Positions 8,121-16,332 of a DNA stretch of 64,000 nucleotides are shown piece by piece. Under the pieces are notes generated by a model. It saw only the letters and a list, made by a program, of their open reading frames with translations, did no database searches and was not told the DNA's origin. This stretch comes from Candidatus Moraniibacteriota bacterium (GTDB taxonomy: Bacteria; Patescibacteriota; Minisyncoccia; Moranbacterales; GWC2-37-73): positions 32,421-96,420 of the forward strand of contig JAAXUC010000004.1 in assembly GCA_013336225.1 (NCBI GenBank), read 5' to 3'. Every line of letters starts with the position of its first letter. Positions within the stretch are counted from its first letter, which is position 1. A program made the position numbers and the translations under genes.

Positions 8121-8157
8121 CAAAAAAAAGAGATTGCAATCAAGCAATCTCTTTTTG
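8121..8157 (-). terminator. Intrinsic terminator of the DEAD-box helicase gene
   Basis: aaaaagagattgc-aatcaa-gcaatctcttttt. Confidence 0.75.
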
Positions 8158-8176
8158 AAAATTTGGCAAAAGTTTT

Positions 8177-9400
8177 TTAGACAAAAGTCAGAGCTGTTCC
8201 GGTTTTGCCGGCGCGGCCTGTTCGTCCGATGCGATGCACATAATCATCATATGTTGCAGGCACATCAAAGTTGATCACATGTGAAACATCAGGGATGTCC
8301 AAACCGCGAGCGGCCACATCAGTTGCAACCAAAATTTCCACGTAGTTTTCTTTGAAAAGTTTCAAAGCTTTCTGACGTTTGGCGTGTGATTTGTCTCCAT
8401 GAATTGATTGAGCTTTGAATCCATTTTTACTCAAAATGATGGAAAGTTTTTCAGCGCCATGCTTGGTGCGTGAGAAAATTAAAACTTTTGAGAAATTTGC
8501 TTTGCGCAAAAGATCTTGCAAAACCTCGATTTTGTCTTCACCTTGTTTCACGCGCACAACATCTTGATCGATGTTTGAAGATGTTTCGCGAGTTTTGATG
8601 GAAATCTTAATCGGTTCAACTAAGAATTCCTGAATCAATCTTTCAATTTCGGGAGCCAAGGTGGCTGAGAAAAACAAAGTCTGTCTTTTTGGAGCAACCA
8701 ATGAAAGAAGATATCGCACGTCAGGCATGAATCCCATGTCGAGCATGCGGTCAGCTTCATCAAGCACCACGTTGGCAAAAGAATTGAGATGCAAATTTTT
8801 ACGTTGAATCAAATCCTTAAGTCGTCCTGGTGTTCCAATCACAACATTGTAGCGTGAACGCAGACATTCGATTTGAGTTCGGATGTTTGCTCCGCCAACC
8901 ACAACCACTGAGCCAATGCGAAGACCGGCTGCAAAAGCGCGGAATTCTTCTTGAATCTGAATGGCCAATTCGCGAGTCGGCACAACCACGAGCAATTTTT
9001 CACTTGGGTTTTTGATGATTTTATCAAGCATCGGAAGCAAGAATGCTCCAGTTTTCCCAGTTCCAGTGTTAGCCAAACCAATCAAATCTTTGCCCTCAAG
9101 AATGTGGGGGATGGTTTTGTCTTGAATTGGAGTTGGATGTTCAAAGCCACGAGCTGCAATGTTTTTCTTAATTGATTCCTCAATTTTGAAATCAGCAAAA
9201 ATGGTGTCAGGAACATATTTTTCCTCAACAGTTTGTGGAGTTGCTTTGTTGATAAAGCGATTTACATCAATAAAATTGCCAGTGAAGCGCTTTTTGCGAC
9301 CACCACCATTGTTATTGAATGAATTCTTTTGTCCACCTTGGAATGGCGCTCTTGAGCGCGTAGGGCGTGAACTGCCCGCCTTAAAGTTTCTGCTATGCAT
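8177..9400 (-). CDS. DEAD-box RNA helicase (RhlE/CshA-like)
   Basis: Q motif PTPIQ, ANTGTGKT, PTRELA, DEAD, SAT, ARGLD, HRIGRTGRAG; start taken at ATG 9400. Confidence 0.95.
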   Translation of the reverse strand: MHSRNFKAGSSRPTRSRAPFQGGQKNSFNNNGGGRKKRFTGNFIDVNRFINKATPQTVEEKYVPDTIFADFKIEESIKKNIAARGFEHPTPIQDKTIPHILEGKDLIGLANTGTGKTGAFLLPMLDKIIKNPSEKLLVVVPTRELAIQIQEEFRAFAAGLRIGSVVVVGGANIRTQIECLRSRYNVVIGTPGRLKDLIQRKNLHLNSFANVVLDEADRMLDMGFMPDVRYLLSLVAPKRQTLFFSATLAPEIERLIQEFLVEPIKISIKTRETSSNIDQDVVRVKQGEDKIEVLQDLLRKANFSKVLIFSRTKHGAEKLSIILSKNGFKAQSIHGDKSHAKRQKALKLFKENYVEILVATDVAARGLDIPDVSHVINFDVPATYDDYVHRIGRTGRAGKTGTALTFV

Positions 9401-9610
9401 GTATATTTTAAACAAAACAAACTGGGAAGAAGCTTCCAAGCAAGAATCGTATACATAAAAAATTAAATTTTCATTTTCAAATCACTAGCAGGTGAAAAGA
9501 AAACTAGTTTTATGTATAGATACGCTTGATGACTAAACAACTGAAGGTATTAACATAAAAGTCAATTGTAATACGTTTAGGCTGGCTTGTCAAGTGTTTG
9601 GAGGCATATA

Positions 9611-9639
9611 TTGACTTTTGACTTTAAAAGGAGTATAAT
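9611..9639 (+). promoter_or_regulatory. Sigma70-type promoter of the glyS leader
   Basis: TTGACT, 17 nt, TATAAT. Confidence 0.75.
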
Positions 9640-9645
9640 AGAGCT

Positions 9646-9822
9646 ATGTGAGGTTGAGAAGAGGGTGGCTCCTTTTTGCCCTAATTGAGGGAAAATCGAA
9701 CTTGCATGCAAAAGAGATGTCCACCAGAAAAGGTGGAAAGTCGGGTGGAACCGCGAGTCAAGACTCGTCCCGTGCATATCAAACACTTGTTTGGTTTGTG
9801 CAGGATGGGTCTTTTTTATTTT
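9646..9822 (+). ncRNA. T-box riboswitch leader of glyS
   Basis: AAGTCGGGTGGAACCGCG T-box (9738-9755) with UGGA bulge, then terminator hairpin plus T-tract; candidate GGC specifier 9667-9669. Confidence 0.75.
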
Positions 9823-9840
9823 ATGAAAATTATTTATTAT

Positions 9841-9910
9841 AAATTAACGAATTGCGAATTAACGAATTAAAAAATGCATAACAAATCCGTTAATGCGTTA
9901 ATACGTTAAT
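9841..9910. repeat. Octamer tandem/inverted spacer, family D
   Basis: aattaacgaattgcgaattaacgaatt ... cgttaatgcgttaatacgttaat; the right-arm motif recurs at 20828-20858. Confidence 0.65.
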
Positions 9911-9926
9911 AAGTAATTTAAATCAT

Positions 9927-11297
9927 ATGGAAGAAAAAAAGGTGACAAAAATGGAAGACATTGTTTCATTTTGCAAACGCAGGGGATTTGTTTTTCCAAC
10001 TTCAGAAATTTATGGAGGATTGGCAAATTCATATAGCTATGGTCCGTATGGGGCAGAGTTGAAAAATAACATCAAGAAAATGTGGTGGAAAAAATTCGTG
10101 CAAAAGCGCGAAGATGTGGTGGGCATGGATGGTCCAATTTTGCTCAACACGAAACTTTGGGAAGCTTCTGGTCACATTGGAGGTTTCAATGATGCTTCAG
10201 TTGATTGCAAAAAGTGCAACAAAAGATTTCGAGCTGATCATGTGGTGAAGGAACTGACTGGAGAAGACATGGAAGGTGAACTGGAAAAGATGACCGCAAC
10301 TTTGCAGGCTGGGCTTAAATGTCCTGAATGCGGAAAATCTGATTGGACCGAGGTGCGCAACATGAGTCAGATGTTTCAAACAGAAATGAATGGGGTGGAT
10401 GGACCGATCTATCTTCGTCCGGAAACAGCCGGAGCAATTTTTTCTGACTACAAGAACGTGGTTGATTCAATGCGCGTGAAAATTCCTTTTGGAATTGCGC
10501 AAATTGGAAAAGCTTTTCGCAATGAAATTGTGGCGAGAAATTTCATTTTCAGAATTCGAGAATTTGAACAAATGGAAATTGAATATTTCATCGAGCCAGA
10601 AGCGAAGTGGGAAGCAATGTTTGAAAAGTGGTTGGATGAGCAGGAAGAATTCGCACTTTCGCTTGGTGCTAAAAAAGAAGATTTGAGGCGCTATGAACAT
10701 CCTAAAGCAAAGCTCTCACATTATTCCAGAAAAACTGTGGATACTGAATATAATTTCCCCTTTGGATTTGGCGAATTGTTTGGCTTGGCGCATCGTGGTG
10801 ATTTTGATTTGACACAACATTCGAAATTTTCAGGACAAAAACTTGATTATTTTGATGCAGCTGCCAACAAGAGATATGTTCCACACGTGCTTGAGCCAAC
10901 CGTTGGTTTGGATCGTTTAATTTTGACAACCATCTGCGCAGGTTATACTGAGGAAAAATTGGAAGATGGTGAGCGCATTGTGATGAAGTTTCCCAATGCA
11001 GTGGCGCCAATCAAAGTGGCGGTTTTCCCACTGATGAAAAACAAGCCAGAACTTGTTTCCAAGGCCAAAGAAATTTTTGGAAATTTGAGTGAAGATTTCA
11101 TGTGCGAGTTTGATGATAATGGAAATGTTGGAAAACGTTATCGTCGCCAAGATGAAATTGGAACTCCATATTGCGTGACTGTTGATTTTGAAACACTTGA
11201 AGATGGCGCCGTCACCGTGCGCGACCGCGACACCATGAAACAGGAGCGAATCAAAATTTCCGAGCTGCAAACATTCTTCGCAGAGAAATTGCGATAA
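9927..11297 (+). CDS. glyQS: Glycine--tRNA ligase, homodimeric (alpha2) type
   Basis: KRRGFVFPTSEIYGG, YLRPETA, GKAFRNEI, FRIREFEQME, anticodon domain GKRYRRQDEIGTP. Confidence 0.97.
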   Translation: MEEKKVTKMEDIVSFCKRRGFVFPTSEIYGGLANSYSYGPYGAELKNNIKKMWWKKFVQKREDVVGMDGPILLNTKLWEASGHIGGFNDASVDCKKCNKRFRADHVVKELTGEDMEGELEKMTATLQAGLKCPECGKSDWTEVRNMSQMFQTEMNGVDGPIYLRPETAGAIFSDYKNVVDSMRVKIPFGIAQIGKAFRNEIVARNFIFRIREFEQMEIEYFIEPEAKWEAMFEKWLDEQEEFALSLGAKKEDLRRYEHPKAKLSHYSRKTVDTEYNFPFGFGELFGLAHRGDFDLTQHSKFSGQKLDYFDAAANKRYVPHVLEPTVGLDRLILTTICAGYTEEKLEDGERIVMKFPNAVAPIKVAVFPLMKNKPELVSKAKEIFGNLSEDFMCEFDDNGNVGKRYRRQDEIGTPYCVTVDFETLEDGAVTVRDRDTMKQERIKISELQTFFAEKLR

Positions 11298-11314
11298 AGT
11301 TGTCTCACTTTTTT

Positions 11315-11344
11315 AAAGCGTTCCACGTTGTTGGAACGCTTTTT
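11315..11344 (+). terminator. glyS terminator
   Basis: aaagcgttcca...tggaacgcttttt. Confidence 0.7.
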
Positions 11345-11394
11345 GCATAAAAATCCATCCCTTTTATTAAAAATGATTGTGCTTGGAAAAATTA

Positions 11395-11427
11395 AAACCC
11401 GGTATAGACTCTGTCTATACCGGGTTT
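11395..11427 (-). terminator. Terminator of the PEP-CTERM gene
   Basis: aaacccggtatagac-tct-gtctataccgggttt perfect 15-bp stem. Confidence 0.7.
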
Positions 11428-11452
11428 AGAATCACACTTTGCAATTCTTTTT

Positions 11453-12055
11453 TTATGCAGTCATTTTGTTTGTGCGGCGTTTCCCGTACACTGCAATCCC
11501 AAGCAGGCCAACTGAAAACAGTGCCATGGTTCCTGGTTCAGGAACGGGTGCAACCGAAGTCATGTTTATGCCAATTTCGTTTAAACTGAAATCATTCCAG
11601 CAGAGATCTCCAGCCAGGACACTTACTTGAATCAGGCCATCCTTGAGATATTCTTCAAGTCCAGCTTGCTTGAGGTCAATGGTGAATATTTTGCTGGCAG
11701 GACTCATTTGAAACCAGGAAAAATTTCCCAAAAATAGAGTCTTGTCCAGGAGTTTCGTGTCTCCATCCATTGCTCCGGAAGAAATCACAATTCTTTCTGG
11801 CAAAAGATCTGCAGAAGAAATTGTGACTCCCAGGAGCGCAGACGTGATGCTTGAGCCTGGCAAAAATCCAAGAGCATCAGTTGTGGCTCCATTGGTTTGG
11901 TTTACGAAGTCAAAGTTAAAGACCGCGGACTGACCCTGCGATAGTGTTACACTTTGATTGCCATTTAAAAAAGCTTCCTGTTGAGTCATTGGCAGTGCGA
12001 ATGCCATCCCAGCTGTCATCAACATCATCAACATTACAATTAAAAAGTTTTTCAT
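11453..12055 (-). CDS. PEP-CTERM sorting-domain exported protein
   Basis: Signal peptide MKNFLIVML..AFA; C-terminal VPEPGTMALFSVGLLGIAVYGKRR; AAGGAG before ATG 12055. Confidence 0.88.
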   Translation of the reverse strand: MKNFLIVMLMMLMTAGMAFALPMTQQEAFLNGNQSVTLSQGQSAVFNFDFVNQTNGATTDALGFLPGSSITSALLGVTISSADLLPERIVISSGAMDGDTKLLDKTLFLGNFSWFQMSPASKIFTIDLKQAGLEEYLKDGLIQVSVLAGDLCWNDFSLNEIGINMTSVAPVPEPGTMALFSVGLLGIAVYGKRRTNKMTA

Positions 12056-12316
12056 TAAAAATCTCCTTTTCGGTTGAACCACGTAATTGTCAATAGAAAC
12101 GGCTGCAATAATCTCCTTTCTGCCCCCAATGGGCGTATTTAACTCATTAAAGAACGAAAGACAAGTGTAACACGAAACATCAATCTTGGAAAGTGTTTAG
12201 ATTTATTGACTTATATCCTGAATTCACTGCTGAAATATTTTTTTCAAAAAAAGACAAGAAAAAAGGAATTATACGTTTGTGTAATTCCTTTTTGGAATTT
12301 TGCGATACACCCTTTG

Positions 12317-12829
12317 TCACCGTGCTCGAAATGAAGTCCTATTGGTTCTCTTCATTAGGTTATATTGCTTGCCATTGAAAATGTAATATTCTGTTATTCC
12401 TGGCTGGAAGTTTCCATCAGGATATTCCATTATCATGTCATTTATTCCATTGTGCTTGCCTGGCATGAAAATAAGTTGGTCAGGATATTCTGGGCCAAAT
12501 ATTTTTGAAAAACTTTTTTTGTCATCGCTTCTTTTGTAAACCCATACATCACATCTTTTTGCTCCAGTGCAACAGCCCTCGGTTGATTCGGCTTCCACTT
12601 GAAACAGATTGTTGTTTTCATTGTCATCACCAAGATGCAAGGCTTCGACTTTGATCATCTTATTTATGTTGCCACCGGCATTTTTGATGCATGTTTTGCT
12701 AAGTTCCTTGCTGTGAATCATCTGCTGGGCGATTTTCTTGATGATTGCCTCATTTTCTGCTGCAAGGCAGTTGCTGGACAGAATATTGAGGCCAAACAAC
12801 GCAATAAGGATGGTGATAATTTTTCTCAT
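12317..12829 (-). CDS. Exported hypothetical protein
   Basis: Signal peptide, AAGGAG RBS, 170 aa with CCTGAKRC. Confidence 0.7.
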   Translation of the reverse strand: MRKIITILIALFGLNILSSNCLAAENEAIIKKIAQQMIHSKELSKTCIKNAGGNINKMIKVEALHLGDDNENNNLFQVEAESTEGCCTGAKRCDVWVYKRSDDKKSFSKIFGPEYPDQLIFMPGKHNGINDMIMEYPDGNFQPGITEYYIFNGKQYNLMKRTNRTSFRAR

Positions 12830-13059
12830 GGCAAACTCCTTTTCTGAGGGGGGGGATTTGACGCAAGGCGTCTATTGAATTGACAAACAGCTATCTCGAG
12901 ATCACCTGACAATATAATACGATATAAGAACAATGTAAAGGGTTTGAATTCAGGCGGTTTTTTCTTTGTTTGACAGGATTGATGGTGCGTGGTAATGTTA
13001 CACGTCAAGCACAGTGTGTTTGATTGATGGAAAATCCAGAAAGAAAGGGGGTGAGTTCA

Positions 13060-13173
13060 ATGGGTAAGGGCAGCGGTTCAGGAGGTCATGGAGGCGGCAA
13101 TGCTGGTTCTGGCGGTCAAAGTGGCGGCGGTGGCGGAAGTGCAGGCGGCGGAAGTGGCAGTCGTGGAAAATAG
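13060..13173 (+). CDS. 37-aa Gly/Ser-rich peptide (not in ORF track)
   Basis: AAAGGGGGTGA RBS, ATG 13060, MGKGSGSGGHGGGNAGSGGQSGGGGGSAGGGSGSRGK, TAG TAA, own terminator; synonymous Gly codons vary. Confidence 0.7.
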   Translation: MGKGSGSGGHGGGNAGSGGQSGGGGGSAGGGSGSRGK

Positions 13174-13201
13174 TAAAAAAGTTGAATGTTCCATGATATG
13201 C

Positions 13202-13242
13202 AAAAAAGAAGCTCTTTTCGAAACCGAAAAGAGCTTCACTTT
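13202..13242 (+). terminator. Terminator after the Gly-rich peptide gene
   Basis: gaagctcttttcg-aaac-cgaaaagagcttc. Confidence 0.7.
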
Positions 13243-13310
13243 ATTTACGAATGAGTAATAGTAGAAAAGACTTGATATTCTTTTGTATTAAACAGTGGTA
13301 TGATTAAGAT

Positions 13311-14579
13311 ATGAAACATAAGATTGAAAAATTGAAACTTGCCAATGGGGCAATGCTTGTGAATGTGATTGTGAAGAATTTGCCAATTACGATTGTTTCA
13401 GCTTGGTTTAGAGCTGGATCAAGATTTGATCAAAATGGCAAAGAGGGAACAGCACACTTGCTTGAACATCTTTTAATAAAAAGAACAAAAAAATATACAG
13501 ATACCATTGAAAGACTCAAGGACATTGAGTCTAATGGTATTAAATTCAATGCTTTTACAAGTTATGAGACCGCGCATTACTATTACACTCAGCCAAAAGC
13601 AGAGACATGTGGAGCCTTGGATTTTCTGATAGATGGCTTGGAAAATTATGCATTTAATGATGTTGATATTGAAGAAGAAAAAAAAGCCGTGATCAATGAA
13701 TTGATGGAAAACAGAGCAAATCCACGCGAATATATTTGGGAATTGTCCAATGGTTCTTTGTGGAATGGGTTGTCTATGGGAAAACAATTTTTTGGAAACA
13801 AAAAAAGCATAAAATCGATAAACAGAAAAGATTTGCAGGGCTTTATCGATAAATATTATACATCTGAAAATTGTTCATTTTTGGTTGTCGGTGATGGCAA
13901 TACTGAAAAAATCGGGAAATATTTGAATGCGAAACTTATACTTAATGATTCCAAAAAACCAAAACTAATAAAAGAAAAATCCGGCAAACCGAAAAAAATA
14001 TCAATCATTAATAATGATGAATCTCAGGCGATGATTTCAGTTGCTTTTAAAACACTTTCAATGGATGCTGATCCTTTGGAAATTGCTGTGATTGATTTTA
14101 TCCGAGATTATTTGGCAAACAATTGGACGTCAAAACTGATTGAAGAACTTCGCCTCAAGAAGAATGTGACATATTGGGTGGATGGGGCGTCAATTAATTT
14201 TTCAGATACTGGCATGCTCCGATTCACTTTTGCTTGCAATAAGAAAAATGTCACTGAATCCATAAAAATAGTGCTAGATGAGATTGAAAAGTTAAAAATA
14301 AATTCTTTTGATGATGGGGAACTTGCAATGCATAAAAAATCATTTTTGTCTTCAATGATCATGCGATTTGTTGATCCGTATGAATATTTGTGGTGGTATG
14401 GTTGGCAAGTCGTTGTTTCTGATGGAAAAAATGTGGTTAACGTTGAGGAATATTTAAAAATAATTCAGAAAATTAAAGGTGAGGACATTGCTCGCATTGC
14501 TTTGAAATATTTGAATAGAGAAAATATGTCCATTTCCATTATTGGCGATGTTGAAAAAGCTGATGTTATTCTTGCATAA
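13311..14579 (+). CDS. M16 (pitrilysin/insulinase) family Zn-metallopeptidase
   Basis: RAGSRFD, inverted Zn motif HLLEH, NAFTSYE. Confidence 0.92.
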   Translation: MKHKIEKLKLANGAMLVNVIVKNLPITIVSAWFRAGSRFDQNGKEGTAHLLEHLLIKRTKKYTDTIERLKDIESNGIKFNAFTSYETAHYYYTQPKAETCGALDFLIDGLENYAFNDVDIEEEKKAVINELMENRANPREYIWELSNGSLWNGLSMGKQFFGNKKSIKSINRKDLQGFIDKYYTSENCSFLVVGDGNTEKIGKYLNAKLILNDSKKPKLIKEKSGKPKKISIINNDESQAMISVAFKTLSMDADPLEIAVIDFIRDYLANNWTSKLIEELRLKKNVTYWVDGASINFSDTGMLRFTFACNKKNVTESIKIVLDEIEKLKINSFDDGELAMHKKSFLSSMIMRFVDPYEYLWWYGWQVVVSDGKNVVNVEEYLKIIQKIKGEDIARIALKYLNRENMSISIIGDVEKADVILA

Positions 14580-14689
14580 AAATTCATAAAATGCGCTATT
14601 TAAATTTAAGAAGGGATTGAATGATGATGTGAATGTGGAAAATGAGATTTTGTGATATAATAAAAACATCAATTAAAAAAATTTTTATT

Positions 14690-15307
14690 ATGGATAAAAA
14701 ATCAAAAATATTGCTTTGGGTGATTGCTCTTTTGATTGTTGGCAGTGTTGGTGCAACTTATTGGCGCATCATGATTAAAAAAGATTACATCATTGAGTCT
14801 CAGATTGATTGTGATCCATATGAAAACAAATGTTTCGTGTGGGAGTGTGATCCTGAGTCGTCAGTGGAAGGAGAAGCTTGCACGGGCGACCCTGAAAGTG
14901 ACATTTGGTATTTTCAAGTGGCGAAAAGAAATGCAGCAAACATTTCGCTTTGTGATCCTGAAACTGATGAAAATTGTGATCCGTGGACTTGCGCTGAAGA
15001 TGAAAAGGATTGTAGTGAAATTTTTTGCGATGAGGCAAATATGGAAGAGCAATTTGCCGCATCTTGCAATGATCCTGCTCAATATGTGATTGACAATCCA
15101 ATTGAAGAAGAAGGCGATTGCGCTGAAGATGATGAAGAATGCTTGGCTATTGAAGAGGAGTCTGCCTGTGAGGAGGGTGATGAGGAATGCTTGGCAGCAG
15201 AGGAGGAGGCTGTCTGTGAAGAAGGTGACGAGGAATGTGTCAATGCTGAATCTGCCACAGATGAAGATGTCGCGGCTGATGTTGTTGATGAAGATATAGC
15301 TCAATAG
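14690..15307 (+). CDS. Membrane-anchored acidic Cys-rich protein with 16-aa C-terminal repeats
   Basis: N-terminal TM; CDP motifs; three EEExxCEEGDEEC-like repeats at 15104-15247; start at ATG 14690. Confidence 0.75.
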   Translation: MDKKSKILLWVIALLIVGSVGATYWRIMIKKDYIIESQIDCDPYENKCFVWECDPESSVEGEACTGDPESDIWYFQVAKRNAANISLCDPETDENCDPWTCAEDEKDCSEIFCDEANMEEQFAASCNDPAQYVIDNPIEEEGDCAEDDEECLAIEEESACEEGDEECLAAEEEAVCEEGDEECVNAESATDEDVAADVVDEDIAQ

Positions 15308-15405
15308 CAATAAAATACCCACGTGAAAAGATGGATTAAAACCCGTCTTTTTTGTGTAATAATTTCATAAAATGCTTTATTTAAGCTAAAAAGCAGTGCT
15401 TGCAT

Positions 15406-15434
15406 TTGACAAGAACTGTTTTTAGGTGTATAAT
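15406..15434 (+). promoter_or_regulatory. Sigma70-type promoter
   Basis: TTGACA, 17 nt, TATAAT. Confidence 0.75.
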
Positions 15435-15475
15435 AGAAAATCAGTTAATTTAAAAATCGAATAGGGAGGTGCACT

Positions 15476-16240
15476 TTGAAAAATGCACTAGTGGATGGAT
15501 TCAGAGCCTTCCTTGATATCAAGGAAGAAGAGGAGATCGTGTCAGCAGCAGTTGCAAAAAAAGCTTCTTTTTTGGCAGCTGGCAGAGCAGTGTTTGCTTT
15601 TACTGATTGGATCATTGCAGCTGGACTTGGCGCATTTGTTTTTTGGATGCAGTCAAAAAACTTTTCCTCTGTAAATGTTTGGCTGGCAACATTTTTGTAT
15701 GATCTTGTTGCCTCGGCTGCATTTTTCTTTTTGAGTGACATGACAAAGTGTGATTTCACATTTGGTCAATCATTCAGAAGAGTCGCTGACAGTCTTTCCG
15801 GAAATGGATTTTTTGGGAAAATTTTTGCTGGCATGCTCCTTTTGGGAGTATCAGCAAAGGCCATCATCTGGGAAGGTCCGGAAGTTATCTGCTTTCTTTT
15901 TCAAAAAGAATTGAAAAGTAGGCGTAACATCTGGCTGGCATTGATTGTCTTGTCGGCACTGCAGGGATTGTTTGGTGCTTGGCTCTATTCTACAGGCTAT
16001 GAATTATGGAGAGCATTTGCACCAAAGTTGGTTGATTCCCATCTTGTTTTAATGGGAATAGCAACGTTTGCCATTGTTGCAATCATTGTTGCGCTGGCAA
16101 AGAAGATTGTGAAATTAGTAACAAAAGCGATTCGTTTTTTCTTTGAATGTTCAAAAAAACAGCAGTTAATGATGGTCTTTCAATTGGCAGTATTTATATT
16201 TTGCACAATGCTGCTTTTACGGAAAATTATATTTACTTGA
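15476..16240 (+). CDS. Multi-pass membrane hypothetical protein
   Basis: GGGAGGTG RBS before TTG; several hydrophobic segments; own promoter and terminator. Confidence 0.7.
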   Translation: MKNALVDGFRAFLDIKEEEEIVSAAVAKKASFLAAGRAVFAFTDWIIAAGLGAFVFWMQSKNFSSVNVWLATFLYDLVASAAFFFLSDMTKCDFTFGQSFRRVADSLSGNGFFGKIFAGMLLLGVSAKAIIWEGPEVICFLFQKELKSRRNIWLALIVLSALQGLFGAWLYSTGYELWRAFAPKLVDSHLVLMGIATFAIVAIIVALAKKIVKLVTKAIRFFFECSKKQQLMMVFQLAVFIFCTMLLLRKIIFT

Positions 16241-16248
16241 ATCGTATC

Positions 16249-16290
16249 AGGCGTGAATCTTATAAAGTAAGATTCACGCCTTTTTTCTTT
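16249..16290 (+). terminator. Intrinsic terminator
   Basis: aggcgtgaatctta-taaag-taagattcacgcct plus T-tract. Confidence 0.8.
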
Positions 16291-16332
16291 TGCATTTTCA
16301 TCATCTTGCAAAAATAATAAAATTAGCCTAAT

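Noticed and set aside
15104-15247. CP12 domain
   Set aside because: Cys spacing is C-x6-C rather than C-x8-C, the AWD-VEEL core is missing, and the protein appears exported
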